A stretch of 64,000 nucleotides of DNA from an uncultured Planctomycetota bacterium. Lineage in GTDB: Bacteria; Planctomycetota; Planctomycetia; Gemmatales; Gemmataceae. Below, piece after piece: positions 21,350 through 33,797 of this stretch. Where the stretch lies: NCBI GenBank assembly GCA_963849325.1, contig CAWKHF010000005.1, positions 32,001 through 96,000 of the forward strand. The letters run 5' to 3'. Position numbers and translations under genes: made by a program. Within the stretch, counting starts at the first letter, position 1. Every line of letters starts with the position of its first letter. Below the pieces are notes generated by a model that saw only the letters and a program-made list of their open reading frames with translations, did not search any database and was not told the origin of the DNA.

Positions 21350-22021
21350 TCATCCTTCGCGGGTTCGCGTGGCGGCTGCGATGTAAACGGTGGCGAGGAT
21401 GCTGAAAATGTAAGCCTGCACCATGCCGGTGAGCAAACCGAGCAGGTTCATAAAGATCGGGAAGATGAGGGGCGCGATCGTCAGCAAGATGCCGACAATC
21501 AACGTCCCGCTCATGATGTTGCCGAACAGCCGGATGGCCAGAGCAAACGTGCGTGAGAACTCGCTGATGATGTTAAACGGCAGCATGATGAACGTGGGCT
21601 TCAAGTAGGATTTGAGGTAACCGACAAATCCTTGCTCCTCAATGCCGAAGAGCAACACGGCGACAAACACGGAGATCGCCAGCGCCGACGTTGTCGAGAG
21701 CGAGCCGGTGGGCGGTTCGTACCAGGGGAGAATCGCGCAGAGGTTGGACACCGCGATGAAAAGAAATAAGGTGCCAATAAAGCCGAGATACTTCTCCGGA
21801 TGGAGCAGGCCCACCTCTTTGATCTGCTTTTGAATCGTCGTGACCACGATTTCAAGGAAGCCTTGCCAGCGTGAGATATCCCCTTCGGTTTTGAGCTTGC
21901 GTGTGATTAGCATCGCCCCAACGGTCATCACGAGCATCAACGCCCAGGTCGTGACGATCGTGCTATTAAGCACGACAAAGCCCCACTTCCAGAAGACCAG
22001 CTCGTCGGGACTAATCCGCAT
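21350..22021 (-). CDS. atpB: N-ATPase a subunit
   Basis: PPTGSLS, ALAIRLFGN, VQAYIF. Confidence 0.95.
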   Translation of the reverse strand: MRISPDELVFWKWGFVVLNSTIVTTWALMLVMTVGAMLITRKLKTEGDISRWQGFLEIVVTTIQKQIKEVGLLHPEKYLGFIGTLFLFIAVSNLCAILPWYEPPTGSLSTTSALAISVFVAVLLFGIEEQGFVGYLKSYLKPTFIMLPFNIISEFSRTFALAIRLFGNIMSGTLIVGILLTIAPLIFPIFMNLLGLLTGMVQAYIFSILATVYIAAATRTREG

Positions 22022-22328
22022 TGCTAGTCTCCTTTTCCAATGGAGTCGGGTCCTTCGCAGGCGCTCGTGTGAGCCATTTCACGACGATGACGCGCGCGAT
22101 GACAAATCCAGCAAGGCACGCCAGGAACCTCGACCAATGATCCTGCGAGACAAAATAGAAACCAGCCAGAACCGTACCGGTTCGCAGCAGCAAGCTGCCG
22201 AGGAACCAGAGCGCTGACCTCTCGGACGCAACGCCCTTCTGGACCGTCCACCAAAGGCCGCCGAAGAAGAACGCGCCGAGCAAGGCGCCGGCAAGCGACG
22301 CCAGGGCAAGAGCCAGGATGTCATTCAT
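22011..22328 (-). CDS. atpR: N-ATPase AtpR subunit
   Basis: GAFFFGGLWWTV, SLLLR; position in operon. Confidence 0.85.
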   Translation of the reverse strand: MNDILALALASLAGALLGAFFFGGLWWTVQKGVASERSALWFLGSLLLRTGTVLAGFYFVSQDHWSRFLACLAGFVIARVIVVKWLTRAPAKDPTPLEKETSNAD

Positions 22329-22642
22329 CCGGATCCTCCTGCATTTCCTTGTATTCGGAGGCGACCCAATGCCAGGCATTCAAACAGCCGATGATCAAAC
22401 CAAGGAGAAGCAGCATCAGCGTCCATGAAAACCGACTCGGATAATGGTTGTCCACCCAGATGCCGAGCGCGGCGCCGATCAGAGTCGGAACCGTCACGGA
22501 CCAACCGATCAACCCGGACATGCCCAGGCCAAACCAGACGCTCCTTTTGGCGCCGCGCTGCGCCTTCCGCTTGCGCGCTGCCTGTGCGCCGACCTGCCGG
22601 CTGAAGTTCGTCTCTTCGTTTGGGACGTTCACTTTGTTCTCT

Positions 22643-22650
<8 letters not shown>
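22321..22650 (-). CDS. atpQ: N-ATPase AtpQ (AtpZ/AtpI family)
   Basis: GLIGWSVTVPTLIGAALGIWVD, GCLNAWHWV. Confidence 0.85.
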
Positions 22651-24546
<1,896 letters not shown>

Positions 24547-24565
<19 letters not shown>

Positions 24566-26913
24566 TTCCAGTTCCGGATTTCCGGCAGGTCTTGGCCGTA
24601 CCGGGCGATATACTGCTTATGCTCGATAAGTTTGTCAATGAGCTTCTGCTTCAGGTATATGCCCTTGTCGCCGGTCTGCGGTACGCGGTCTATGGTGTCC
24701 ATCACGAGATGGAAGCGGTCCAGATCGTTCCGCACGGTCATGTCGAAGGGCGTGGTGACGGTGCCCTCTTCCTTGTAGCCGCGGACGTGGATGTTGTCGT
24801 GGTTAGTGCGGCGGTAGGTGAGCCGGTGGATCAACCACGGGTAGGCATGGAAGGCGAAGATGACCGGCTTGTCCTTGGTGAAGAGCTGGTCGAAATCGAT
24901 GTCACTCAACCCGTGCGGATGTTCGGTTTGCGGCTGCAACTTCATGAGATCGACTACGTTGACCACCCGGATTTTCAGGTCGGGCAGGTGTTCGCGCATG
25001 ATGGAGACGGCGGCGAGCGTCTCCAGGGTGGGCACGTCGCCACAGCAGGCCATGACCACGTCGGGTGCAGCGCTCTGGTCGTTGCTGGCCCACGGCCAGA
25101 TTCCGATGCCCTCGGTGCAGTGCTGGACGGCGGCCTCCATTGTCAGCCACTGCGGCGCTGGGTGTTTGCCCGCGACCACGACGTTGACGTAATGGCGGCT
25201 GCGCAGGCAGTGGTCCATCACGGATAATAGGCAGTTTGCATCCGGCGGAAGGTAAACACGCACGACCCCGGCCTTCTTGTTCACGACGTGGTCGATGAAA
25301 CCGGGATCCTGGTGCGTGAAGCCGTTGTGATCCTGGCGCCAGACATGCGAGGCCAGCAGGTAGTTTAACGAGGCGATCTGCCGCCGCCACGGCAGGTGCG
25401 ACGTGACCTTTAGCCACTTGGCGTGCTGGTTGAACATTGAATCGACGATGTGAATAAACGCCTCGTAGCAGTTGAAGAGTCCATGCCGCCCGGTGAGCAG
25501 GTAGCCCTCGAGCCAGCCCTCGCATTGGTGCTCGCTGAGCATTTCCATCACGCGCCCAGTGGGCGCCAGGAATTCGTCATTCGGCGCGGTCGCGGCATCC
25601 CATTGGCGTTTGGTCACCTCAAAGAGAGCCTCCAGGCCGTTGGAGAGCGTCTCGTCAGGGCCAAAGACCCGGAAATTCCTCTGCTCACTGTTCAGCTTCG
25701 ATATATCGCGCAGGAAACGCCCGAGCACATGGGTGTCGCCGATGCCGGGCACTCCCGGCGAATCCACATCGATCGCGTATTCGCGGAAGTCGGGCATCCG
25801 CAGGTCGCGGAGCAGATTGCCGCCGTTGGCGTGAGGATTGGCCCCCATGCGCCGTTCGCCCTTGGGCGCCAGCTCGGCCAGCTCCGGTTTCAGCAGGCCC
25901 CGCTCGTCGAAGAGTTCCTCCGGCCGGTAGCTCCTCAGCCAGTCTTCCAACAGCTTGAGGTGTTCGGGATGGGTGGCCGGGTCTGAAAGCGGCACCTGGT
26001 GTGCGCGGAAGGTGCCTTCAACCTGTAGACCATCGACCATCTTCGGCCCTGTCCAGCCCTTGGGCGAATTGAGGACGATCATCGGCCAGCGTGGACGCGC
26101 AATTTTCCCGTGGACGCGAGCTTCTTGCTGGATCTTCTTGATCTGCTCCACCACCGTATCGAGCGTCGCGGCCATCGCCTGATGCATGAGTTCAGGCTCG
26201 TGACCCTCGACGAAGTGCGGGGTCCAACCATAGCCGCGGAGCAACTGATCCAATTCCTCATGTTCGATACGGGCCAGGATCGTCGGGTTGGAAATCTTGT
26301 AGCCGTTGAGATGCAGGATCGGCAGCACCGCCCCGTCGCTGGCCGGATTCAGAAACTTGTTGGAATGCCACGCCGTGGCCAGCGGTCCGGTTTCCGCCTC
26401 GCCATCGCCGACGACGCAGGCGACGATGAGATCGGGATTGTCGAACACCGCGCCGAACGAATGGCTGAGCGAATAGCCCAGTTCGCCGCCCTCGTGGATC
26501 GAGCCAGGACACTCCGGCGATGCGTGACTGGGAATTCCTCCGGGAAACGAAAACTGAAGGAAAAGCTTCCGAAGCCCGGCCTCATCCTGGCTAATGTCGG
26601 GATAGATTTCGGTGTAAGTGCCTTCGAGATAAGTGTTGCCCACGACGGCCGGGCCGCCGTGCCCGGGGCCGGAGACGTAAATCATGTTGAGGTCGTATTT
26701 CTTGATGACCCGGTTCAAATGCACGTAAATGAAGTTCTGCCCGGGAGTTGTACCCCAATGTCCTAGCAGCATGTGCTTCACATCCGCGAGCGTCAGAGGC
26801 CGCTTCAGCAGCGGATTGTCGAAGAGGTAGATCTGTCCGACCGCCAAATAATTGGCCGCCCGCCAGTAAGCGTCCATTCTCCGCAGCAGGTCTGGGGAAA
26901 GGGGTTCGTTCAT
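24547..26913 (-). CDS. xfp: phosphoketolase
   Basis: [45 protein letters not shown]. Confidence 0.96.
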
Positions 26914-27545
26914 AAGGCTGCTCCTAGAAACGGGTTCCACGCAGGAGTCAGGAGTCTCCACGCCGACTGATCCGACCTGGGTGAAGCGGGCGGTACTCCC
27001 GCAACGCAATCACTGCCAGACCTCCGGCGGAACGTGCGCCAGGTCCGTCGCTATAAGCCGCTCGGCGTGAAAGCTGGTGGCCCGGGGGCCAGGCAACAGC
27101 AACCGGCAGCTCAGGCAACAGCAACCGGCCGCTTTTGCCGCCTCCAGCCCCGGCAACGGCGTCCTCGACGACCAGGCAGGCGGCCGGGGGGCAGCTTCAG
27201 CCGCTGTGCCGCCGTCAGCAACAGGTCGGGATGCGGCTTCTTGCGCCAGACTTTCACTGGCATCGACAACCGCGTCGAAACTGCTGGGCATTAGGCCGAC
27301 CTCCCGGAGATTGTATTCCACCTTGATTGCTGCGGCGTTGCTGGCCGGCGCGACCTTGAGGTGCCGCCTTGCTCGCCGACCATACGCGCAGCGTACCGGG
27401 AAGGGAGTCTTGCCTGCTGCGGTTCTCTCGACCTACGCGCGGAAGCCGAAGTCCTCAGCGCGCTGAGGACCGACACACCGCCTTCAGCGATTGCCGCAGC
27501 TGAACGGCTGTCACCCTCGGCCCGTGAACGCGCACCCCTTTGTGA

Positions 27546-28877
27546 TTAAGCGGGTAATCGCTGGGCAGCTTCGGTAGCCAGTAGCTGCTCCCGGAGCCAA
27601 TTCAGGGCCTTGAAAAACTCCTCGTCGCTTGGGATCACGTAATGACGATCCGCCATGTTGCGGGGAGAATCCGCGAGGAAGTGGTTGGCGTAGAACTTGT
27701 ATTGCGGATGCTGGCCCAGAATCGTCGCCGATGTCTTCCGCAGGTGCTTCATGCCGAGGCGGATTTTCTCCAGCTCCAGCTTTTCGGCAAGCCGGGTCCA
27801 TGCCGAGTGAATGCAGTCATATCGTTTCATCTTCCCATCTTCCAGCCAGAACCTGACCAGCGGGTTGCCTTCGTCAGTGGTGAGCGCCAGCTCGCCCTTG
27901 GCCCGGTGCTTCTTGAGCAGGGCGAGCGTCTCCGGCCACAGCTTGTAGGTTACGACCGGCCCGTTGCGGTCGCGTGTCTTGCTGCGGGCGCGGGTGATGG
28001 TCCCGTTCTTCCAGTTGACTTCCTCGGTCCGCAGCTCGGCGATGTCGTTCTGGTACATGCCGCAATTGAGCATGAGCAGCAGGTACAGCTTCGTCTTGTC
28101 GGAGAAGCCATCGCAGCCGGCGAGAAGGGTCCTGACTTCGACCGGGGTGAAGGTTTCGATCTTCGCAGGTGCGGAATGGTTGAAGCGGAAGCGGCGGGAG
28201 CGGATGTTGCCGGGCAGCGGGATCAGCTTCATTTCGGCCAAGCGGGAGATGAACTGCTTGGCGGTCATCATCAGCGTATGGGCGTAGGTGGGGGAATACT
28301 TGCCGGTGGCGATCTGCGTGGACAGGTAATTGAAAAAGCCTTCCAGCTTGCTCTCCTCGATGGCGTCGATGGCGGCGTCTTCGCCTATCCACGTGACGAA
28401 GTTGCCGATGTTGCGGCAGTAGGCGTCGTACCTTCCTTCGCTCATCTGGCCGGACTGACACACGCCATGCAAAAGCGTCTTCCACGCTTCGACCTGCGCC
28501 TTGACGGTACGCTCCGGCGGAGTGACCTTGGCGGTGCTTTCGATCATTGCCTCGGCCTGGACCTTGATCTTTTGGTACTGCCCGTTCCCCACCAGCGAAT
28601 CGACAATCTTCTCCCGGCTGGGCTCATCCAGCGATTGCCAGTCCTGCACCATCGACCAGACCTTGAAGGCGTTGGCCCGCAGCTCCTCTTCGGTGGGCGG
28701 AGCCGCCTCGATTTCCTTCTGCTTGTTTTCCCACCAGCGGTTGGCGGCAGCGGCGCTTTCCTCTTTCGTGTCCGGGCGTTCGAGCTGCTTGCAGGAGACC
28801 GCGTACATCTTGCCTTTGTGCTTCTTGATCCACCGGCGGGATTCGGGAATCCAGGTCATGAGGAGTCGGCGTGCCAT
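27546..28877 (-). CDS. tyrosine integrase of the tRNA-Ser element
   Basis: Adjacent to tRNA 3' end and reading away from it; NCGMYQNDI, RARSKT, KHLRKT, MADRHY. Confidence 0.85.
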   Translation of the reverse strand: MARRLLMTWIPESRRWIKKHKGKMYAVSCKQLERPDTKEESAAAANRWWENKQKEIEAAPPTEEELRANAFKVWSMVQDWQSLDEPSREKIVDSLVGNGQYQKIKVQAEAMIESTAKVTPPERTVKAQVEAWKTLLHGVCQSGQMSEGRYDAYCRNIGNFVTWIGEDAAIDAIEESKLEGFFNYLSTQIATGKYSPTYAHTLMMTAKQFISRLAEMKLIPLPGNIRSRRFRFNHSAPAKIETFTPVEVRTLLAGCDGFSDKTKLYLLLMLNCGMYQNDIAELRTEEVNWKNGTITRARSKTRDRNGPVVTYKLWPETLALLKKHRAKGELALTTDEGNPLVRFWLEDGKMKRYDCIHSAWTRLAEKLELEKIRLGMKHLRKTSATILGQHPQYKFYANHFLADSPRNMADRHYVIPSDEEFFKALNWLREQLLATEAAQRLPA

Positions 28878-29070
28878 AGGTTTTGCCCTCTTGTAAACCG
28901 TAAATGCCGCACCTTCATTCTATGGTCGCAGCCGGCAAAATCAATGGCTTGTAAACCGTTTTGTAAACCGAAAGGCGGGAAAACGGTTGGACGGGTATAC
29001 AGCATCAGGAAATGGCGATCTGCCGAGATGTGCGGATTATTGGCGTAAATCCAATGTTTTCAAGGATAAG

Positions 29071-29159
29071 CGGAGAGGGCGGGATTCGAACCCGCGGTGA
29101 GGTTTGACCCCCACACGGCATTTCCAGTGCCGCACAATCGGCCACTCTGTCACCTCTCC
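29071..29159 (-). tRNA. tRNA-Ser(GGA)
   Basis: GGAGAGG/CCTCTCC acceptor stem, anticodon loop CTGGAAA, long variable arm, GGTTCGAATCC; CCA not encoded. Confidence 0.97.
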
Positions 29160-29220
29160 GAATGATGTAACCTGCTTATTTACAAGACATTATGTCTAAG
29201 AGGTACTAACAAAATGGAGA

Positions 29221-29268
29221 GCCGCGACCGCGAGGGAGCGGGAAGAACCGCTCCCTCACGGTCGCGGC
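29221..29268. repeat. REP-like palindrome
   Basis: GCCGCGACCGCGAGGGAGCGG..CCGCTCCCTCACGGTCGCGGC. Confidence 0.75.
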
Positions 29269-29911
29269 CCTCCAAAAAGATAGAGCCTCTAATTCTTTGT
29301 ATAAACCCTCCCAGCTTTGCGATTTTGTAAACTTTTCTGTAAACTACAAGTCGGCTAGTTGGTGCGGCATCTTGTAAACCGCTCTGTAGATTGTATCGGG
29401 GGGAAGGTGAGCGAGCAATCGGACGGGAGAATGAGCCGTGGGAGTGGAGTCCACGAAGGAGTCAACGGTCGATAAGACCGACGCTCGCAAGGCAACCGAC
29501 TGCTGACGGGTGTCACGACCCCCTTGCTTCCTTCCGCGCCCTCCTGGCCCGGTGCGCCGCCGCCTTCGCCCGGCTTTGTTGCCGAACCGCCTCGTTGCAA
29601 AACCCATCCGGTCTGTTGCAAAACCGGCGGCGCAAAGAACAGGGCAGATGCGCGAGACTTTTCCTCTCGCGCATCTTTCGCCCCTGTCCTGTCGTCCCGT
29701 TTTCGCTCGAAAGGTCTCCTGTATCTCTCTTCCGCGACTCCAGAACACAAAAAAGGCAGCCAGCAGCTGCCCGGCTTTATTGCCAACTGACGTTGCTTCT
29801 CAAGCAGGCGAAATGCAGGATACGAGGCAAGGGCGACGTTACCCGGACCCGACCAGCCGCGACGAGACGGGGATGCCGGGGGAAACGCGAACTCGGAGGA
29901 GACGCGCACGC

Positions 29912-30500
29912 ATGGAGGAACCGACCAGCCAGCCCTTGCGACAGGTCGTGGAGGGCATCTATCGCTCCCAGTCGCGGCGCGTCCTCGCGACGCTGATCCG
30001 CCTGCTCGGCGATTTCGACCTCGCCGAGGAGGCCCTGCACGAGGCGTTTGCCGCGGCGGTGGAGCAGTGGCCGCGAGAGGATCGCCGAAGGACAGACCCT
30101 GGTCGAGCAGGCACTCGCGTCCGGGCGGTTCGGCGCGTACACGATTCAGGCGACCATCGCCGCGGTGCATGCCGAGGCGGCGACGGCCCCGGCCACGGAC
30201 TGGCGCCGGATGGTCGCCTGGTACGACGTGCTCGAGCAGCGCCGCATCCTCGCCCGTCGTGGCCCTGAACCGGGCCGTGGCCGTGGCCATGCGCGACGGC
30301 CCCCAGGCGGGCCTCGCGCTCATCGACTCGATCCTGGCCGGGGGGCAGCTCGCCGAGTACCACCTGGCCCACGCGGCGCGGGCCGACTTGTGCCGGCGGC
30401 TGGGGAGGACGGCCGACGCCCGCCAGTCCTACCGCAAGGCGCTGGCGCTGGCCTGACAGGAGCCGGAGCGAGGGTTCCTCGAACGACGCCTCCGCGAACC
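29912..30500 (+). pseudogene. ECF sigma factor (YciI-associated type) with large internal deletion
   Basis: LATLIRLLGDFDLAEEALHEAF..QWPRE jumps directly to C-terminal IAEGQTLV..SPVVALNRAVA; also an in-frame stop at 30454. Confidence 0.8.
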
Positions 30501-30601
30501 GGGCTCGAAAAAATATACGCGATGTCGATATCCCGCTTTCCCGAACGACTACCGCTGTGAAAGCGGCGAGAGTCCGCCGCCAAACCCGTAAGGAGGAAGC
30601 C

Positions 30602-30964
30602 ATGAAATATCTGTTGCTCATCTACACCCCGGAAAATTCCTGGACGCCAGCCGATCGGGAAAAGTGCTTTGCCGAGTCCACCCAGCTTAGCCACGAACTC
30701 CATTCCACAAAGCAGTACCTGGGAGCCGCGCCGCTCCATCCGGTCGCCCTGGCCACGAGTGTTCGGGTGCGGGACGGGAAACGTGTCATGACGGACGGAC
30801 CGTTCGCCGAAAGCCATGAGCAGCTAGGCGGTTTCTTCGTGATCGAGGCCGGACACCTCGACGAAGCCATTGACATCGCCGCACGTATTCCCGGCGCCCG
30901 CAAGGGCACGGTGGAAATCCGGCCGGTCCTGGATCTGCCGGGACTTCCGGACGTGAAATCGTGA
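30602..30964 (+). CDS. YciI family protein
   Basis: MKYLLLIY, TDGPFAESHEQLGGFF, GTVEIRP. Confidence 0.9.
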   Translation: MKYLLLIYTPENSWTPADREKCFAESTQLSHELHSTKQYLGAAPLHPVALATSVRVRDGKRVMTDGPFAESHEQLGGFFVIEAGHLDEAIDIAARIPGARKGTVEIRPVLDLPGLPDVKS

Positions 30965-30998
30965 TCCATTGTTCTCTTCGCTGGAAAGGAAAAAACTC

Positions 30999-31430
30999 AT
31001 GCAATGGGAAAGTTCGCCCCCATCCGTTTCCCGGGGCGCCCTGTGGACGGGAAGGGCCCTGAGCACCCTGCCGGCCCTCTTTCTGCTGTTCGACGGGGCC
31101 ATGAAACTCGTGAAGCCGACTCCCGTCGTGGAAGCCACCGTTGAACTGGGTTTTTCCGAACAGGTGATTTTTCCGCTCGGGATCGTCTTGCTGGCTTGCA
31201 CCATCCTTTACCTGCTCCCGCCCACGGCCGTTCTCGGGGCCATCCTGCTGACCGGATACCTGGGCGGGGCGGTCGCGATACACGTGCATGCCGGGCACGG
31301 TCCGTTCCGGGTTATCTTCCCGGTCCTCTTCGGCGTCTTGCTCTGGGGGGGGTTGGTGTTGCGCGACCGGCGATTGCGCCCGCTCGTGCCCTGGCGGCGC
31401 GGCGTGGAAGGCCGGCCGGAGGCGACGTAG
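30999..31430 (+). CDS. DoxX family membrane protein
   Basis: LLFDGAMKL, LGAILLTGYLGGAVAIH. Confidence 0.88.
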   Translation: MQWESSPPSVSRGALWTGRALSTLPALFLLFDGAMKLVKPTPVVEATVELGFSEQVIFPLGIVLLACTILYLLPPTAVLGAILLTGYLGGAVAIHVHAGHGPFRVIFPVLFGVLLWGGLVLRDRRLRPLVPWRRGVEGRPEAT

Positions 31431-31519
31431 ACCCGAAAAAGCTTCGCGACGTCGATTCCACCCGGACTCGTTCGACAAGGGGGTGGAGATCGAATTCCTG
31501 CTCGAACCAGGGAGCCCCC

Positions 31520-31931
31520 ATGCAAGTAAATCCGTATCGGATGTTCGCCGGCCCGTGCGAGGCCGCGTTTACGTTCTACGCGAAGTGTCTGGGCGGCCAG
31601 ATCGAGGCCATGCTGCCGCACGAGGGCACGCCCGCGGCGGAGAACGTGCCGCCACCGTGGCGCAAAGAAAATCCTTCACGCCTGCCTGCGCCTGGGCGAC
31701 GGGGTGCTGATGGGTTCCGATGCCCCGCCGACCTACCAGGAGAAACCCCAGGGCTTCTCCCTATCGATCCAGGTGAAGGATCCCGCCGAGGCGGAACGCT
31801 GCTTTCACGCTCTGGCCGAAAACGGCACCGTACGCATGCCGATTCAGGAGACCTTCTGGGCCCTCCGGTTCGGCATGCTCGTCGATTCGTTCGGCATCCC
31901 GTGGATGATTAACTGCCCTCGACCCGGATGA
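31520..31931 (+). CDS. VOC/PhnB-like protein, frameshift near 31670
   Basis: MQVNPY..CEAAFTFY; LMGSD, TFWALRFGMLVDSFGIPWMIN. Confidence 0.85.
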
Positions 31932-32051
31932 ACGGGGCCAGTTCCGACCCGGCGAAACTGGCGCGGAGCGAAACCGGCCCTTTCTCGCCGGGTCGAGACC
32001 CTCGCCAAGCCCTCGGTTGAATTCGGCGGATGAGTCTGCATCCCCGTCGGG

Positions 32052-32391
32052 GCCGAACGTCACAGATCAGGTAGCCCATTCGATGGTCGCCGTGGGGCGA
32101 TACATTCCAGGTAAAAGCTTGGAGAGAGCCGAGCGTTGAAGTGCCGAGGAGGAGTAGTTGGCGAGTCGCCGAGAGCAGGGTAGTCGGTAGGCACGGTGGG
32201 TCAGACGGTGGCACGGAACAATTGCGACCATTGGGGTCGCAAAGGAGCAATGACCGTGCGCACCCAGCGTGCCGGCATCCTCACCAAAATTGCTCTTGCA
32301 TTGCTTAGAAAAGCAGCCGGGCGGCCAGGAGGGACTGCATGTCGCGCGAAACCAGAATGGCCGCCCGGTCTGCTGAAGCGGTTTGTTCGGC
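32052..32391 (-). other. attC site split by a 243-bp insert
   Basis: Minus strand GCCGAAC-AAACC-GCTTCAGC..CCGGCTGCT | insert | GATC-TGTGAC-GTTCGGC. Confidence 0.75.
32071..32313. mobile_element. ORF-less 243-bp insert flanked by AG cores
   Basis: Removing it restores an attC; same position as the IS1111 insertion; nested stems 32190-32273. Confidence 0.65.
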
Positions 32392-32397
32392 CCTCCG

Positions 32398-32862
32398 CTA
32401 CCCGATCAAAGATGCTTTCCCTCTGAATTTCCGCTCTGGCCCGAGTAGAAGCGAGATGCCGTGCCCAGCGAACAGGTCGCCGCACGAGTAATACCAGGAC
32501 GCGCTGCCGTCGTGGTACAGGTTGATCCCACTCGGGCGGATGTTGGCCAGGAACTCTGCCCGGTTCATGGGCGGGGTGCCCTCTTCGGGATCCTCGTCCG
32601 CCCACACCTCGTTGTAACAGTTGAGTAGGTCGTCAGCCACCCTCGCCCGGACTTCCGGTTCGGCCTCTCGTGCCCAGGCGAGGTACTCGGCGCCTACCGT
32701 GAACAACTCGGCCGGCTCGGCTCCCGCCCACTCAGCCTCGGCCACGATGGAGAAGCTGAGCGGATACCCAGGGACCAGTTCGACTTCGGTCCCCCAGGAG
32801 TTCACCCGGTCGTCCCACTGAATCTGACCCAGGACAGGGTGATTGCGTGTCCGCTTGGCCAT
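32398..32862 (-). CDS. cassette gene, DUF2262-like
   Basis: Stop 6 bp from attC; GDLFAGHGI motif; GGAGG RBS. Confidence 0.7.
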   Translation of the reverse strand: MAKRTRNHPVLGQIQWDDRVNSWGTEVELVPGYPLSFSIVAEAEWAGAEPAELFTVGAEYLAWAREAEPEVRARVADDLLNCYNEVWADEDPEEGTPPMNRAEFLANIRPSGINLYHDGSASWYYSCGDLFAGHGISLLLGPERKFRGKASLIG

Positions 32863-33027
32863 CAGAGCCTCCGCTTCCACCACTATGGCTATCCGTCATC
32901 TGTGCTATCCGGCACCCAACGACAATGCTCGACTGCCGAGTTGGATGGGGCGCCGCAAGCCGAACCCCATCGTGCCGGCCTGGAGACCAGTCCGGAAGCA
33001 AAACGCACATGGGCGAGGGGTCAAGTG

Positions 33028-33124
33028 GCCGAACGACGAAGCTCACCTGCCCGGCGGGCGCTGGGAGCGATGACCCTGGAACAGCCTCCATGCCCGCCGG
33101 GTCAGGTGCAGCGCCTGGTTAGCC
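33028..33124 (-). other. intact attC (97 bp)
   Basis: GGCTAAC-CAGGC-GCTGCACC..CCCGGCGGGC..GCCCGCCGGG..GGTGAGC-TTCGTC-GTTCGGC. Confidence 0.88.
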
Positions 33125-33196
33125 GAAATCATAGCGACTGAAAGACCAAGGTGGAATCCACTTTCAGGATTGTGCCGTTGACGCTTCCGGCTCGGG

Positions 33197-33655
33197 CTAC
33201 AACCTGGCCGAGCGAACCGTCCGGCGCTTGAGCGTCCCCTCCACCACAATCCCGAGTTTGGAAGGAGCGCCCTTTCCTACTGTCGCGGCCACCAGTTCGC
33301 CATCGATCAAAAGGTGCACGCGTCGCCACACATACCATTCTCTGTAACCCACTTCGATCGTGTGTCCCCCAGACTGAAGAAGAAACCAGCGGTTGGATAG
33401 CGCGTAGCAAGACAGAACGGAGTCAATCGAGATCCGGCACCGGCAGCCCCAGCCGACGCGAACATGCACCGGATGGTTATCCCTGCCGGCATGACCAGCT
33501 TGCGCCGTCAGCGCGATCGGGAGGAGATGCCAGCCGCGCTGTTCGGCCGCTAAAACACCATCCAGATACAGGCGATCCCAAGGGTGGGAGTCGCGCCGCA
33601 TTTGGATGTGCGCCTCGTGCCCTTCCCACCGATAAGTCCACTCAATAACCGACAT
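33197..33655 (-). CDS. cassette gene, hypothetical
   Basis: Between GTTAGCC (33694-33688) and complementary GGCTAAC (33124-33118). Confidence 0.7.
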   Translation of the reverse strand: MSVIEWTYRWEGHEAHIQMRRDSHPWDRLYLDGVLAAEQRGWHLLPIALTAQAGHAGRDNHPVHVRVGWGCRCRISIDSVLSCYALSNRWFLLQSGGHTIEVGYREWYVWRRVHLLIDGELVAATVGKGAPSKLGIVVEGTLKRRTVRSARL

Positions 33656-33797
33656 AGTTGCGATTACGGTGAAGAACGTCCAGCATCGGCTAACACCAAG
33701 CTCAGATGGGGATGATGCCGGGTTGCTCCCACCGACGACAAGCCGGCGGTATTATGGAGTAACCCAGTAAAAGCCACCCCATCTGGAGCAACCCGAC

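Larger units (their letters stand above)
28891..29381 (+). repeat. TGTAAAC(CG) repeats, likely integrase arm sites
   Basis: Copies at 28891, 28949, 28961, 29325, 29337, 29372; pairs spaced 12 bp. Confidence 0.65.

Noticed and set aside
27010-27500. ORFs between xfp and integrase
   Set aside because: Low-complexity translations with no recognisable motifs
32071-32313. Group IIC-attC intron remnant
   Set aside because: No GTGYG 5' end or domain V seen; insertion point matches the IS1111 site instead
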